Shown: one piece after another, positions 39,201 to 52,704 of the stretch
Layout: each line of letters opens with the position of its first letter
Numbering within the stretch: position 1 is the stretch's first letter
Source of the DNA: Octopus sinensis
Taxonomy: Eukaryota
Direction: 5' to 3'
NCBI RefSeq assembly: GCF_006345805.1
Contig: NC_043002.1
Span: 61,194,001 to 61,258,000, forward strand
DNA length: 64,000 bases
Position numbers and translations under genes: made by a program
Notes under the pieces: model-generated
Seen by the model: the letters and a program-made list of their open reading frames with translations, nothing else
What the model was told of the DNA's origin: nothing
Database searches by the model: none

Positions 39201-39321
39201 ATGATATCCATGTTGCTTATGTTGATTTTAATCACACTTAATTTGAAACAGTATGTATACCATAACTAAATTCTGGTGCCTCAACTTAAGTACCATATCC
39301 ATCTGAATGTATGTATGTATG

Positions 39322-39355
<34 letters not shown>

Positions 39356-39399
39356 TGTATGTATGTATGTATCTATCTATCTGTCTATCTATCTATCCA

Positions 39400-39460
<61 letters not shown>

Positions 39461-39492
39461 CTATATATATATATATATATACATTTGTATAT

Positions 39493-39529
39493 AAACACGG
39501 ACGGGACATTCGAAGCCTTCAATCTCTAT

Positions 39530-39563
<34 letters not shown>

Positions 39564-39807
39564 AGATTGAAGGCTTCGAATGTCCCGTCCGTGTTTTTGT
39601 ATCGTCTTCTAAATGTTTTACGTTCTTGTCCCAGTTGTATTTTTCTACTTATAATAATATACATAGCGGCGCTCGTACCCTGTTTGGCCTTGTGTGTAAG
39701 TACATATTTCTTTAAATTTGGTACGACTCTATAACACTGTCTCTCTCTCCTACATTTCTCTGCCTTTCACATTTTGCACTCTACTTTGATCTGTCTCTTT
39801 CTCTCCC

Positions 39808-39838
<31 letters not shown>

Positions 39839-40460
39839 ACTTCTCCTCCTCCTTTTCTCTTTTCTTGCCTCTAATTCTTTGGTCTCCTCTTCCCACACTC
39901 TCTCACATTTCTCTGTCTTTCTCACTTTGCACCTCACTGATTCTGTCGCCAAGCCAATACTTGGCACGCTCTCTTTCTTCTCCCCTCTTTAATTCCTTCT
40001 TTCTCTCTCTTCTCCTCTCACGTGACCGCTGGTCAACCAGCCTTTCGGCTTCTGACCAGCGCCACGAGAACATCCTTTACTTCGTCTGCCGAAAAAGGCA
40101 TTTTTTTCCAAATACGCCAGCTAAACCAAGTTGTACTCTCTATAGTCGTAAGACACCCGCTGTTTTTGTCCTGTTATTACTATTATTGTTTTTCGTATTT
40201 ATATTCGTGTGGCATCGTCCGTTTTTCTGTACTTGTTTCGTATACATTCGATCCTTTTTCCAAGAAATCTAATGCTCGTAGCTTAGTTTTTCCTTGGGGC
40301 TGGCCGGATCGGAGCGATCTCAAGATTAATCAGCCGAAATTGCGAGGATGATCCGGTTCTTGACTGAAGATTGAAGGCTTCGATTGTCCCGTCCGTGTTT
40401 TTTGTATCGTCTTCTAAATAATTTACGTTCTTGTCCCAGTTGTATTTTTCTACATATAAT

Positions 40461-40462
<2 letters not shown>
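39493..40462 (+). mobile_element. Non-coding element with Penelope-like architecture: ~803-nt unit, ~95-nt direct terminal repeats, short inverted 5' copy
   Basis: AGATTGAAGGCTTCGA.TGTCCCGTCCGTG..TGTATTTTTCTAC at ~39564 and ~40367, with an inverted copy at 39493-39525. A diverged relative lies on the minus strand at ~45790-46150. Confidence 0.65.
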
Positions 40463-40526
<64 letters not shown>

Positions 40527-43486
40527 TACGACGCGCTTCTTCAGTTTCCGACTCCCAAATCCACTTACAAGGCGTTGGTCGGTGGTCGGCCCGCAGCTAT
40601 AGTAGAAGACACTTGCCAAAGATTCCACGTAGTGGGACGGAACCCAGAACCATGTGGTGGGAAAGCAAGCTACTTACCACACAGCCAATCCTGGGCCTGG
40701 TTGTGCACTCTGTATCCGGAAATCAGACCACCTTTAGGCATTAGTTATTTTCAGAAAGTTATGCTGATATTTTGGTGCGACTATTCTGGAGAGTGATGAC
40801 AAACATTCATTTCAAAACAAAACAAAACTGGAGGCATGTTGTGCCATATTTGGCAAGTGCCTGTAGCTATATTTTATGGATAGATTCGCCAAGTGATAGA
40901 CAAGTAAATATGTACACCAGCACCCATACGCACACACAAACACAAATACACAGACACAGACACACATACAAACACACACAGACACACACAACAAACGCAC
41001 ACACAGACAAATATATATATACACATATATATTATTATATATATATATAATATATATATATATATACGCATATACGCATGTGTGTGTAGATATCTCGATA
41101 ATTACCATGAAAATATGACATATATTCAAATTTAGTCGTATAAAAACTAATATTTAATTTATGGGTATACAGGAGAGAGAAAATTGGGGTCGATTTGCTC
41201 AATCGACTTAAATGCGGTGCTCATCATTGCCACAGTCAAATGACTGAAACAAGTAAAAGAAAATAAAACAAAAGAAACAAATTCACACCATTACGTATTA
41301 TAAATCCACGTGCTCCAAAATGTGCCTGCTATTCAGCTAATGCCAGGCGAAACATTAAAATACCCCGTTCAATTTAGTGAGATGGATTTACACAATAGTG
41401 TTTGATAAAAATTGTAGGTACCACTGACTTCATGAAATAAAAACCATACTAAACTGGAGACATCTTCACTGATAGATGATGGGATAAAACGTGCGAAGAG
41501 AATTGAAAAGCATATATTAAGAGAAGTGAAACGAAATATGTATATCTACTCACATCTCTCGAAACAATGAGGCATAGAATACTATATGTTTTACTAAAAT
41601 ACGCCAAGTGCAATAGCTCGGGAATATATGGTGCGTTTGCACCCCCTAAAATTGTTTTGGAGAGGTGCTTAATCAAAATCTCGACCTCCTAAATACCTAT
41701 AACAGACAAAGAAAATAGTGACTAAAATTGATCTGAGAAATGTTGCCTGAAGCTTGGTTTCTTTTCCAAACAAGATCACAAGACAAAAATAGATAAATGA
41801 TGACAACACCAGCAGTGGCAACAACAACAATAACATTTCCAGCAGCCGAGGTCACTACTCAGGTCACTTAGAGCACAATTGACATCCTGTCAAAACACAC
41901 AATCAACAGCCCTTCAGTCTCCAGCCATGCACATTCTGCATTTCCTCTGAATGATTCAAAAGACCCATCGTTATCATTGCCATCATGTTCTACTTCTACT
42001 GCACGTACCACAACTAAACAGCGAGATCGGCAGCCACAGTCACTCCTCAATACTATTAAACAACACAGTCCGTAGCTCTTCTCTACAGTCAGGTCGCTCA
42101 AATTCCCCACTCACTTAGATAAACACAAGAAATACATCATCTTTATTGTCATCCGATTCTACTATTACTAACGTAACCACTACTACTGCTCTAATTAGTG
42201 AAGAATCAAGCCTCCCAATCCGTTCTCTGCCTCCATCAGAATGTATACCTCACAGCTCCATCGTAATTCTGCCAACTATAAATATATAAAATCTATGAAC
42301 TCATGAAACCAAGAAATATGCCGTTATTTTCAAAGCGAGAGACTATGCACACGAAGAGATTGCAGTTTAGACATGTAATCTAAAATTTCTTGCAAATAAT
42401 CTTATAGAGAAATCTTTGAATAATAATAATTAATTTAGAACTATTACACTTAAATGCCCTGTACGCAATATTTTTCTCTCTTTATAACTTGAACTGGATA
42501 CGCTTCTGAAACTCTCTCTTGATCTCTGTTAGTTGAAATAAATTAATTGGAGCAATGGATTTACAGCTGCATTCATTCGACTGTACAATCCTCTCCTGCT
42601 TGCGAATTAGAATTGCTTTATACATTACGGGGGTGGAGTTTTTTTTCCGAATTCTTTAACAGGGTCTAGAAAAAAACAAAAGGACCGATGCAATAACTGA
42701 GTGAACCTGAGAGGAGAATATGCTGAACGAAATTATAATTAACTGATACACCTGTATATTCTTGTACCGAAAGCCAGGAATATTTAAGCATCCCTTCGTA
42801 CATCCCCCTGGATGTACCCAAGATCTAAGCACTGGCATCTCATAGATTATATTTAGATCAGAGAACTTGATATGAAAGATATTTCTAGCTTTCGGGCTAC
42901 GTCTAGTGCGTGGAAAAAATTTTTTTTCGATAATGCCTAATATATATATACATACACACACACACACACACACAGACCACACACGCACACTCACACACAC
43001 ACACACAAAAGCACTAAGAGGTGCCTAATTGTTCGTGTTTCCATTCATGTGTGCTAACTACAGCATTTGAGATTTTTAGCTCTTATTTCTAGCATGTACA
43101 TATTTTCTAACACCCTTGTCGCATTTAGTATCATACGTAATTTTCCTTTTAGGTGAAATATTGCAAATCGTTCTTCATCTTAATTTTATATATACACATT
43201 AGTGAATCACTACGTCATCCAATTACTTGGATGACGCAAACATAGATACTTATGCATAATGCATACATGCATACATACATACACTCATACATACATACAT
43301 ACATACACTCATACATACATACATACGCACGCACGTACATTCATACATTGACGGTTAACATAAAGGGTTTTGCAAGCAATTACACATCTTCGCAAATACA
43401 TATCTGTGCATACATATATATATATTTTTATCGGTAGATGCAAATATTGTGCAAGTAACTACTGACCTTTTGGAACGGAATATATA

Positions 43487-44551
43487 TTAATTACTTCTTT
43501 CATTCAATATATAGAGTGTCTGTCTCATCACTGGGGGTCTTCGAAAGCACGCTTTTTAAAAATTTTCTCTAAACGCTCTGCTTGTAGTCATATAATAAAT
43601 AAAGTTGAAGCAGTTGATTATCAGCGCCAAAGCACTCAACAGAATAAAGGTGTCGAATTGTTTGTGAAATTCTCTTTTTCTGTTCGAAAATACAATTAAA
43701 TAATTTGAAAAAGGGAATGTTGTCAGAAGAAATAAAATATTGACAGCAATTACACAATTACAACGCTGTGGTCATCCTTCGTGCTGAGAGGTTGCTTGGA
43801 GAGTGTTGGCCGAGATTTGATTGTTGGAGTAACTTACGAATGAAGGCGAAAGAACTGGCGATTAAAATCCATGCTGGTAAAAATGAATAAATTATCAATT
43901 CAAGGCGAAAATTATGCTCTGTATTCTTTTCCAGTAGTGCAATTAATATGTGCGCTATAGAAATAGAAATCAGGAGAACAAACATAGAATCGTATGGTTT
44001 GTAAGTATTAGTGAAATGCTGCTGCGAAAACGGAGTATAAATTGCTATAAAACGTTCAAGCGATATAACTACCATTAACCTTGAGGAATACATGTCAAGA
44101 GAGAAAGCAATTCTGTCAACAATATATTCAATCACGTTCTGAAAAATAAACGTTTAATATACATATCTTGGGGAAACCTATCCAGATTATGCACAAACCT
44201 ACTGTTGTGTAGACGACCCTAGACGATGAAGTAGGCTACCCCAATACGTAGATATAGAGGGAGAAATCTAGATGTTATCAGAGAACAGCTAGGAGCAGAA
44301 GAGAGAAGAGTTTAGTAGCAGGCATCCGAACGTGCGACATAACACCTACTGAGCCTAAAAAAATCAGATATGGCGCAACTTTAAACTGACACATTTCTTT
44401 CCTGTAAACTATTGCAATAACAGCTAAGTTATTGAAAGTTCCAAATATCAACAGCGCTACAGAAACATATCGTATTGTAAAAATTTGTAGAAATATTTGT
44501 GCGATTGGTTATCAGGCAACTGTTCTGTATCGGGGATTTGTGAATCGCCAT
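43487..44551 (-). pseudogene. GPCR pseudogene (closest-looking paralogue of the intact gene) interrupted by a solo LTR
   Basis: ORF 43758-44135 (RIAFSLDMYSSRLMVVISLERFIAIYTPFSQ..YKPY..YSFLPAWIL..RRMTT). ATG at 44549-44551; frameshifts and stops present. Confidence 0.92.
44203..44344. mobile_element. 142-bp solo LTR-like insertion with 5-bp TSD
   Basis: Termini TGTTGTGT...ACATAACA; CCTAC duplicated at 44198-44202 and 44345-44349. Removing it restores alignment with TM2 of the intact GPCR. Confidence 0.8.
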
Positions 44552-44816
44552 CAGGTGGTATGTGTAGCATAGTAACTAAAGTGTTCAATATTTGTACGTT
44601 TAAATGAAATGTTTGTGAAATAATGTTTATCACATTCTATTCCAACTGAGAGAAAAGTAAAAATCCACGTTGATTACATGCATGTATATAGCTATCTCTA
44701 TATCAATAATTATTTATCTACATATGTTTGTATGAAATTATATACGTCCCAGTTATACAAACTCACATACATATGTACATAAATACATACACACGGGTAC
44801 TTCTGTATATATATAT

Positions 44817-44918
<102 letters not shown>

Positions 44919-44979
44919 TATATATATATATATATACATATATATATGCATATATATATATATGCATATATTTATATAC

Positions 44980-45059
<80 letters not shown>

Positions 45060-45069
45060 ATGTATATTG

Positions 45070-45123
<54 letters not shown>

Positions 45124-45476
45124 CAATATCAATAATACAGTGATTGTTTCTTGTCAGGAACAAAAAGATGAATAGGACTGCTATAGAAGTGCTCTATTGA
45201 AAGAGACAAAAATATCAAACTAAAGTTATTGAACTTTAGTTATTGTTCAATAACTTTAGTTTGATGTGTATATATATATATACATCAAACATAATACATA
45301 ATATTAGGGTAATAAGTATTATAGAAATTATTATTACCAGTGGCCAAGCGCAAAAAATTAGTCAATAAACTATATATTATTCACATAAAAAATATCGCGT
45401 ACATTAAAGCATATTAAGAGGCTTTCAAATAGGAAAGCCTCTTAAAGTGTTTTTATGTACACGTTATTTTTTAATG

Positions 45477-45510
<34 letters not shown>

Positions 45511-45511
45511 T

Positions 45512-45668
<157 letters not shown>

Positions 45669-46370
45669 TGTATATAAGAGACCAAAATGTACGTACGGTG
45701 TCATATGGATATAAAAAGGAATACAAAGTACGGGACACGAACGCAAAACATGCAGTCAAATGATACATAAAAGGGACAAAAAAGCATCCAGGCAGATGAT
45801 ACAAAAAAGGAACAAGAAAAAAGGACAGGTCATTCGCAGTTTTCTTTCTCAGTCGAGTTCCAGATAATCTTTGCAATTTCGGTTTGTTATTCCCGAAATT
45901 GCTTCAATATTCACCAGCTTCAAAGGAAAACTAAGCTAGGAGCACTAGATTCCTTAGAAGAACGCAGCGAATGTATTCGAAAAATAGGACGGGAAACAAA
46001 TGGAGAAATGCTACACGAATACAAATGCAAATTACATGACATTAACAACAGCAGTCTTTCGACTAAGGACGAATTAAATTAAGCTGGCGTGTGTGGAAGT
46101 GAAGACTTACGGCAGGGACGTAGGAGATGCAGGCACAGGGAGGAACATATGCATTCCTCCCCCAAAGTAGATACATATATAAATAGATAGATAGATAAAT
46201 AGACAGAAAAATATATAGATAGATAGAAAATAGATCGGCAGGTAGGCAGACAGATAGATAGAAAACTAGATAGAAAGATAAATAGATATACATATATATT
46301 AGTAGATAGGTAGATAAATTTATAGATATATAGATAGATAGACAGATAGATAGCTAGCTAGCTAGCTAGC

Positions 46371-46446
<76 letters not shown>

Positions 46447-46664
46447 CAGATATCTAGACAGCTAGCTAGGTAGCTAGATAGATAGATAGATAAATAAGGC
46501 ACGAACTGAGGCACACCTCTTACACGTACGTAGAAAGAAATTATTAATGCTTTCACATTAATCCCAGTAAATTACGAGTAGAAAAATACATGAGTCTACG
46601 GATTCAAATGATGTGTAAATATCTCATCTAATGATGTAACTGTTAATTATTTGTGCATTGCAAC

Positions 46665-47290
46665 ATGCATACAGTCTGTTTCAACATTTTGGGCTTTCGA
46701 AAACATATTTTAGAAAATTTCCCTGAAACGTCTGACTGTAACCAAACAGTTGCTAATCTTTTGCCCATCTGTCATGTTACCATTAACTTTATTTCCTTTT
46801 TCGAAACCACCCATATGTTTTAATCGAGGAATTTATCACTGTTACTTTACTGTGGTTTGTGAGAGATATCGCTCTGTTTTCTGCTTGGAGATTACTTTTA
46901 TCTTTAAGAACTGTATTTTAATCGTTTCCTCAACTGCTATACTCCAATACCCATCTTTCTATAGCTTCGAGCTCTACTTCTGTGAACCAACGATTTTTTC
47001 TTATTGCTCTGGCTTGATCACATAATCTCTGTTCCGTGAGTTGAAACAATCCTCTTTCTTTGCATTGATCATACATACGTTGTCGGTATACACTAATATA
47101 TGCACCATTTTCGTCTACAGGGTTGCTCAGGTAGTAATATTCTATGACCAAAACAGCGACTGTAAGCAAACAGTTGCTCATCAAAATTAAAACTCTCAAC
47201 AGAATAAAAGCATCGGGAGAAATGTAAAACTATTTCTCGTCCTGCGTTATCTCCCACAGAAAGCGATAAAAGTGTGTGTTTCATAGTTTC
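46665..47290 (-). pseudogene. GPCR pseudogene fragment (TM7/helix 8 region) split by a retroelement fragment
   Basis: 46665-46754 aligns with 22357-22430 (ATACAGTCTGT..TGGGCTT..AAAACAT.TTTT..AAAATTT). 47158-47230 aligns with 43608-43665 (CAGTTG..ATCA..CTCAACAGAATAAA). Confidence 0.65.
46755..47157 (-). mobile_element. Internal N-terminal fragment of a Dong/R4-like element
   Basis: ORF 46930-47199 (YRQRMYDQCKERGLFQLTEQRLCDQARAIRKNRWFTEVELEAI); homologous to 55105-55495. Confidence 0.8.
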
Positions 47291-48941
47291 TATGGAAGCT
47301 TCACTTTCATTATTGTTAACATATGACAGTGGGCAAACACGAACGTATTGAAAATAATGGTGTTACTATCTTCAGCACCAGCATTATCAGTGGCGTCATA
47401 ATTTTCATACATTACATCATCATCGTTTTCATTATAATTGTTAGTTTTCGTCATTATTACTATTATACTTATTATCGTCATTATCATATTAGTCATGAAA
47501 TTTATTGAAAAATATAAATGCTTGATTTTGCAAAAACAATCAAGGTCATTCAGGTGATTGTTGAGACCAAGTTCTTCATTTAGACTTGTGGGAAAACTTC
47601 ACACTCTTTTCTCTTTCAATCAACATATCTTTCTGAAACACACCGTAGTACGTATGTCAATCATTATCAGTCAACCATCTAAAGATATCAGCTTTCAAAT
47701 TCATATATCTTAAAATTATATTTAGTAGTTGCAATCTTTTGCTTTGTGCTGAACAATAACAATTAATACTATTAAAGTTTCAAAATATTCTCGGTGTTAA
47801 TACCTCAGTAAGATTGCAGTAGTGATAACGTTGAAAGAGAGATGCTATTATTTTTTCATGAAATAAATATCTATCTAAACGAAAGTATCAGTATCACACA
47901 TTAAAATAGAAATTAGATAAATATTATATAATTTAATAGCTATAATAACAAATACAGAATGCTCTCTAAAACGAGAAAAGTATTCACTATTTATCTTCTA
48001 TTGCTTGTAACATATCTGAAGAATGCACAAACAGAGCAAGTGATATATATTTGCCTGTAATTAATATTAAATTCTCAGTGTAAGGTTGTGATGAATAGAT
48101 TCACTCAGATAGATATTTCAGTGAGACGTTCCGCACTGTAGTTAAAGCATAGGAATACTTGACACAAAATCTACAATTTCTTTCAAATAATTCTAAAGGG
48201 AATGATTAAAAAATATATATGGATTTGCGAATAACGTGTCAAATACGTGATGCGCAAATTGATTTTCTCTCTGTATAGCTTGTAAACAACATATAACGAT
48301 TGCGCATCTGAAATTCTGAAAATCTGAAAAATATGAAGTCAACTATTTTCACCATTGAAAACATTCCAGCCAGAATTCAGCATTCATAGTTGGTCGCTTT
48401 TAGGTTAATGAATTTTCCATTAAATATTTGAATCTATTTACACTCTTACATAAACAAGCAGACACACAGGCAAGAACAGATTTAGAAGCACACACACACG
48501 CGCACTCAGACAGACAGACAGACAGACACACACACACACACACAACACACACACACACACACACATATATAAAATCGCAAGCCCCATTTGCATTAAATTC
48601 TTTGTATCTATTAAATTTTTATTGATCAACCACATCCTTTCCGCAATATTCCCCACTTCACCAAAATGTGTGTAAACTATTAACAACACACCACAAACTT
48701 ATAAGTAAGAGGAAAAACGAAATGAAAATTGTATAACTTTTGAACCATGTTACGTTACCTGATGTGGCTCCCTGCACTGTGCGTTGCATCTGATGTCATT
48801 ACATTTTCTCACACTCAGTTTTGAGGAGTGCAGAAAGAAACTGAAACGATTGTTATACTAAACAAATCTTCTAGTTACATTACGTCTTCTGCATTAATCA
48901 TTATATATACATATATATATATAACTATATCTATACATATG

Positions 48942-48976
<35 letters not shown>

Positions 48977-49045
48977 CCTTAAATCCTTTAAAATATTTTA
49001 GCCCGAAGGCCGCGGCCATGCTGGGGTACCACCGCTATATATATA

Positions 49046-50462
49046 TTTTTTCTAGTTTCAGCTCAGAGCTGCGGCCATGCTGATGCACCGCTGTTTTGTG
49101 CTACACTGTTATTACGACGAACCTCGTCTAATATGTGGCACTTGGTGAAGAATGGAGTTTGATATAGCTACTCTCATTTGCACCTCTTGCCGTGAGGTAG
49201 GTTCATCTGGGACTCTTGACAGGAAGATGTCCAGCTTTGATTTAAAAACTGCTACATCTACTTTGTGCAAGTTCCTCAGACTCTTTGGGAGAATATTAAA
49301 AAGCTGTGGGCCCTTGAAACCCAGGCTATTGCAGAAGCTGGTCCTGAAGCGTGATGGCATTGCTGGGATATTTGGCACTATGCAGTGTCGTGCCATTCTA
49401 GCATTGGTGTAGCTTACAATTCCAAAATTTGGCACAATTCCTTCCAGGATCTTCCAGACATATATTACTGCATACCTCTCTCGTCTTCTCTCCAGGGAGT
49501 ATAGTCTTAGCTGTTTCAACCTTTCCCAGTAGCTGAGCTGTTGCAAAGAGGCGATCGTCTTTGTGAAACTTCTCTGGATTGCTTCAAGGTCCGCTGTTAA
49601 TTTTACACTGATGGGTGACCATAGCTGTGAGCAGTAATCCAGGCGGCTGAGGACGAATGTCTGCCAGAGGACCATCATGGTTTCCTTATCTCTGGTTCTG
49701 AATGTTCTTAGGATCCACCCAGCCAGTCGTCTGCACTTTGTCGCCATCCTGGTAATGTGAACTTGGAAAGAGGTATCATCACTCATGTCGATACCCAGTT
49801 CCCTCACAGACTTAGGCTCTGGGATTGAAATTCCCTGTGGTCCGGTGTATCCTGTAAGTTTAATATTCAGTTTTGGATGCTGGTAGCGCAGGGCCTGGAA
49901 TTTTTCAGCATTAAACTGCATATTATTATCCTCAGCCCATATGTAGATTGGGTCCAACTCCTGCTGCAGGTGTGCAACATCGCTGGAGTTCTGTATTTTC
50001 TGCGAGACTTTCGTATCGTCTGCATAGCTTGCCAGAGTGGCTATCCGGGCATTTGAAGGCATATCTGAGAGGGCCACTATAAAAAGCAGTGGTCCCAAGA
50101 CAGTGCCCTGTGGAACACCGCTCACTATTTGTGTGTTCATAGGGGTGGCTCCATTAACAACTACTGCCTGACTCCTATCTTTCAGGAAGTCATGTAACCA
50201 CACTCCAAGTCTTCCAGCTATGCCGAGGTCACGCTGTTTGTGGCATATCATACCATGATCCACCTTGTCAAAAGCTTTTGCAAAATCAAAGTAGATTACG
50301 TCCACATTTGATTTGTTGAGTAACTACCTCAACACCCAGTCATAATGCTGTAAGAGCTGGGTCAGGCAGCTCCTACCTGGTCGAAAACCATGCTGGGTAT
50401 CACTCAGCAAGATATTTTCCACAAGGAATGCGATTAGTTTCTTTCTGACTATCCTTTCAATC
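49046..50462 (-). mobile_element. 5'-truncated CR1-like (Zenon-type) LINE, reverse transcriptase region plus 3' tail
   Basis: QHGFRPGRSCLTQLL, DFAKAFDKVDH, SGVPQGTVLGPLLF, YADDTK, RLDYCSQLWSP. One stop at ~50324 precedes the 397-aa ORF 49112-50305. Short 3'UTR with hairpin and A-tail. Confidence 0.93.
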
Positions 50463-50503
50463 CATATGTATATATATATATATAATATATATATATATAT
50501 ATA

Positions 50504-50563
<60 letters not shown>

Positions 50564-50589
50564 ATGTATGTATGTATAAATGTATATAT

Positions 50590-51057
50590 AGTGAGAGAGA
50601 TAATACAAATGATATGGCAGACATTTTATTGAAGGACTACACTCAAAGATCAAGCATCTTCCTCGATAAGGCTGTCCCAATCGACATAAATATATCCTTC
50701 AAGACATACCGAAAAGTGAGCAAGTATAAAGATATTCAAATAGAAACTGACAAAATGTGGAAACTGAAGACTAAAACACTATCTATTCCCCAAGAATGAT
50801 GGCAAAAGGGGCTGATTGCTACATGTTAGAAGAAAGACCCAAACTTGCAGAAATTCAACGATAGAGTCCATGCGGGCTGTCCATATCTTACGTAAAATAC
50901 CGTCTATGTAATCTCACATTTTAAACAAACTCATAATTTTTTTATGTTTTCTTAAACGTTCTCTAGAACATAAATTTGAACTTCTAAATTGTTGTCTGTG
51001 GAGTTCTCAGAGTGAGACTTTGAATTAACTTGTACAATTATGAAGAAAAGTGCAGAC

Positions 51058-51117
<60 letters not shown>
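50590..51117 (+). mobile_element. Degenerate Dong/R4-like 3' end (RLE C-terminus, 3'UTR, (TAA)n)
   Basis: ADILLKD..IFLDKAVPIDINISFKTYRKVSKYKDIQIETDKMWKLKT; (TAA)n at 51060-51117. Confidence 0.75.
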
Positions 51118-51118
<1 letters not shown>

Positions 51119-51124
51119 TATATC

Positions 51125-51610
51125 ATGTACATTGTCTTGTCTTGATATAAAAGATGGGCTACAGCAAATATTCTGATCAATACCACAGTTTTGCTTGTCA
51201 GTTGTTTGACCTTAACCAGTTGAGCATGTCCCTTAGTGACTGACGATATGTGCATCTCTGATCACGAGCAGAAGTAGTGGGGGAGCATCATAGCCATGTG
51301 CTGAGAGGGATTCTTTAGGGTTTGACTGATTCACCTCTGGAAACATGGGTGGTTCTTTTAACATCTTTAAACAACCCTTATTCAGAGACCTTATGAGCGG
51401 GATGGGCTACTCAACCTGAAAAAAATTCTAACTGGGCCCCACCTGCAAGGTCATGTGCTGTTTATCTTGATATGAGATCACCATGTCGCGCACATATGGT
51501 TGTGATGCATGTGCCTGGTGTACCCTTATCAGACGGGTAGTCATGATGGGTATATTGGGCTTCGTATATTTTACCCCAGTGTCACTTTGTTGGCATGGAC
51601 TGCTCTCTCA

Positions 51611-51663
<53 letters not shown>
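51125..51663 (+). mobile_element. Family B non-coding retroposon segment plus (TAA)n
   Basis: Matches 52705-53160 and the reverse complement of 1168-1640. Confidence 0.8.
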
Positions 51664-51666
<3 letters not shown>

Positions 51667-52632
51667 ACAAGAAATCATACCACCTAATAAACACGAAGAA
51701 GAAGAAGATGATGAAGAAACAACAAAAGCTATAAAACAAATGAAATCCAAACTAAAAATAGAACAGCAACGAACCATGATAAAACGATGGCAAGAAAAGC
51801 CCCATCATGGTAAATACTGCACTAAACTAAACGCAAAAGAAATAGACAAAGAAAAATCCCAGCAATGGTTGAGAAGCTCAGGACTCAAAGCAGAAACAGA
51901 GGGATTTTTAATTGCAGCACAAGACCAAAGCCTCCCCACCAGAAATTACCAAAAACATGTAATGAAAAGAAATATTACAAGTAACTGCAGAATATGTGGA
52001 GATGGACAAGAAACAATAAATCATATTATCTCTAGCTGCCCAGTCCTGGCTAAAAAGGAATATATTCACAGACATGACAGAGTTGGAACCTACATACATT
52101 GGAAGCTATGCCAACATTATGGAATAACAACAGGAAAAAAAAAAAGATGGTATAGGCACACACCAGAAAAGGTCACAGAAAACGAGAAAGCAACCATACT
52201 CTGGGATATGCCGATACACACAGATAAAGAAATTAAGGCTAACAGACCAGATATAGTTGTCAGAGATCATGAAGAAAAAAAAAAGGCTTTCTAATTGATG
52301 TATCAATAAAGAAATGGAGAAACTCTCAAAATACAAAGACCTGGAAATAGAGGTAACTAGAATGTGGAATCTGAAAACAGAAACAATTCCTATCATAGTA
52401 GGTGCATTAGGCATGATAAAAAAATATTCAGACAAATACATAACAAAAACACCAGGACTTACAAACATATATAACATACAGAAAATTGCACTACTAGGCA
52501 CTGCACACATCCTACGCAGAACACTTTCCATACAATAACCATCAGAGCATCACAACAAATCACAGCACATACCCAAGGCACACAGAGCTGCGCTCGGTAG
52601 TGAAGTGAAAGCACGCTATAAAAATAAAACTA

Positions 52633-52701
<69 letters not shown>
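51664..52701 (+). mobile_element. 5'-truncated Dong/R4-clade element (zinc knuckle and restriction-like endonuclease) plus (TAA)n
   Basis: WLRSSGLKAETEGFLIAAQDQ, CRICG..HIISSC, RHD, NRPDIVV, KLSKYKDL, GALG, GTAHILRR; frameshift at ~52290. Confidence 0.92.
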
Positions 52702-52702
<1 letters not shown>

Positions 52703-52704
52703 GT

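Noticed and set aside
40361-40392. Hammerhead at GACTGAAGATTGAAGGCTTCGATTGTC
   Set aside because: It has CUGAAGA but lacks GAAA and a convincing stem I/III; the relative at ~45830-45858 does not restore them.
41800-42270. Ser/Thr-rich mucin-like exon
   Set aside because: Decayed CAN-triplet low-complexity sequence with stops and no supported splice structure.
48815-48856. Further hammerhead-like remnants (also ~1985-2025 and 34198-34270)
   Set aside because: Only half of the core or unpaired stems are present; too degenerate to call.
49112-50305. 397-aa reverse transcriptase ORF as a host gene or retron-like system
   Set aside because: It is an ordinary 5'-truncated CR1-like LINE: GTG pseudo-start after an in-frame stop, no endonuclease, LINE tail.
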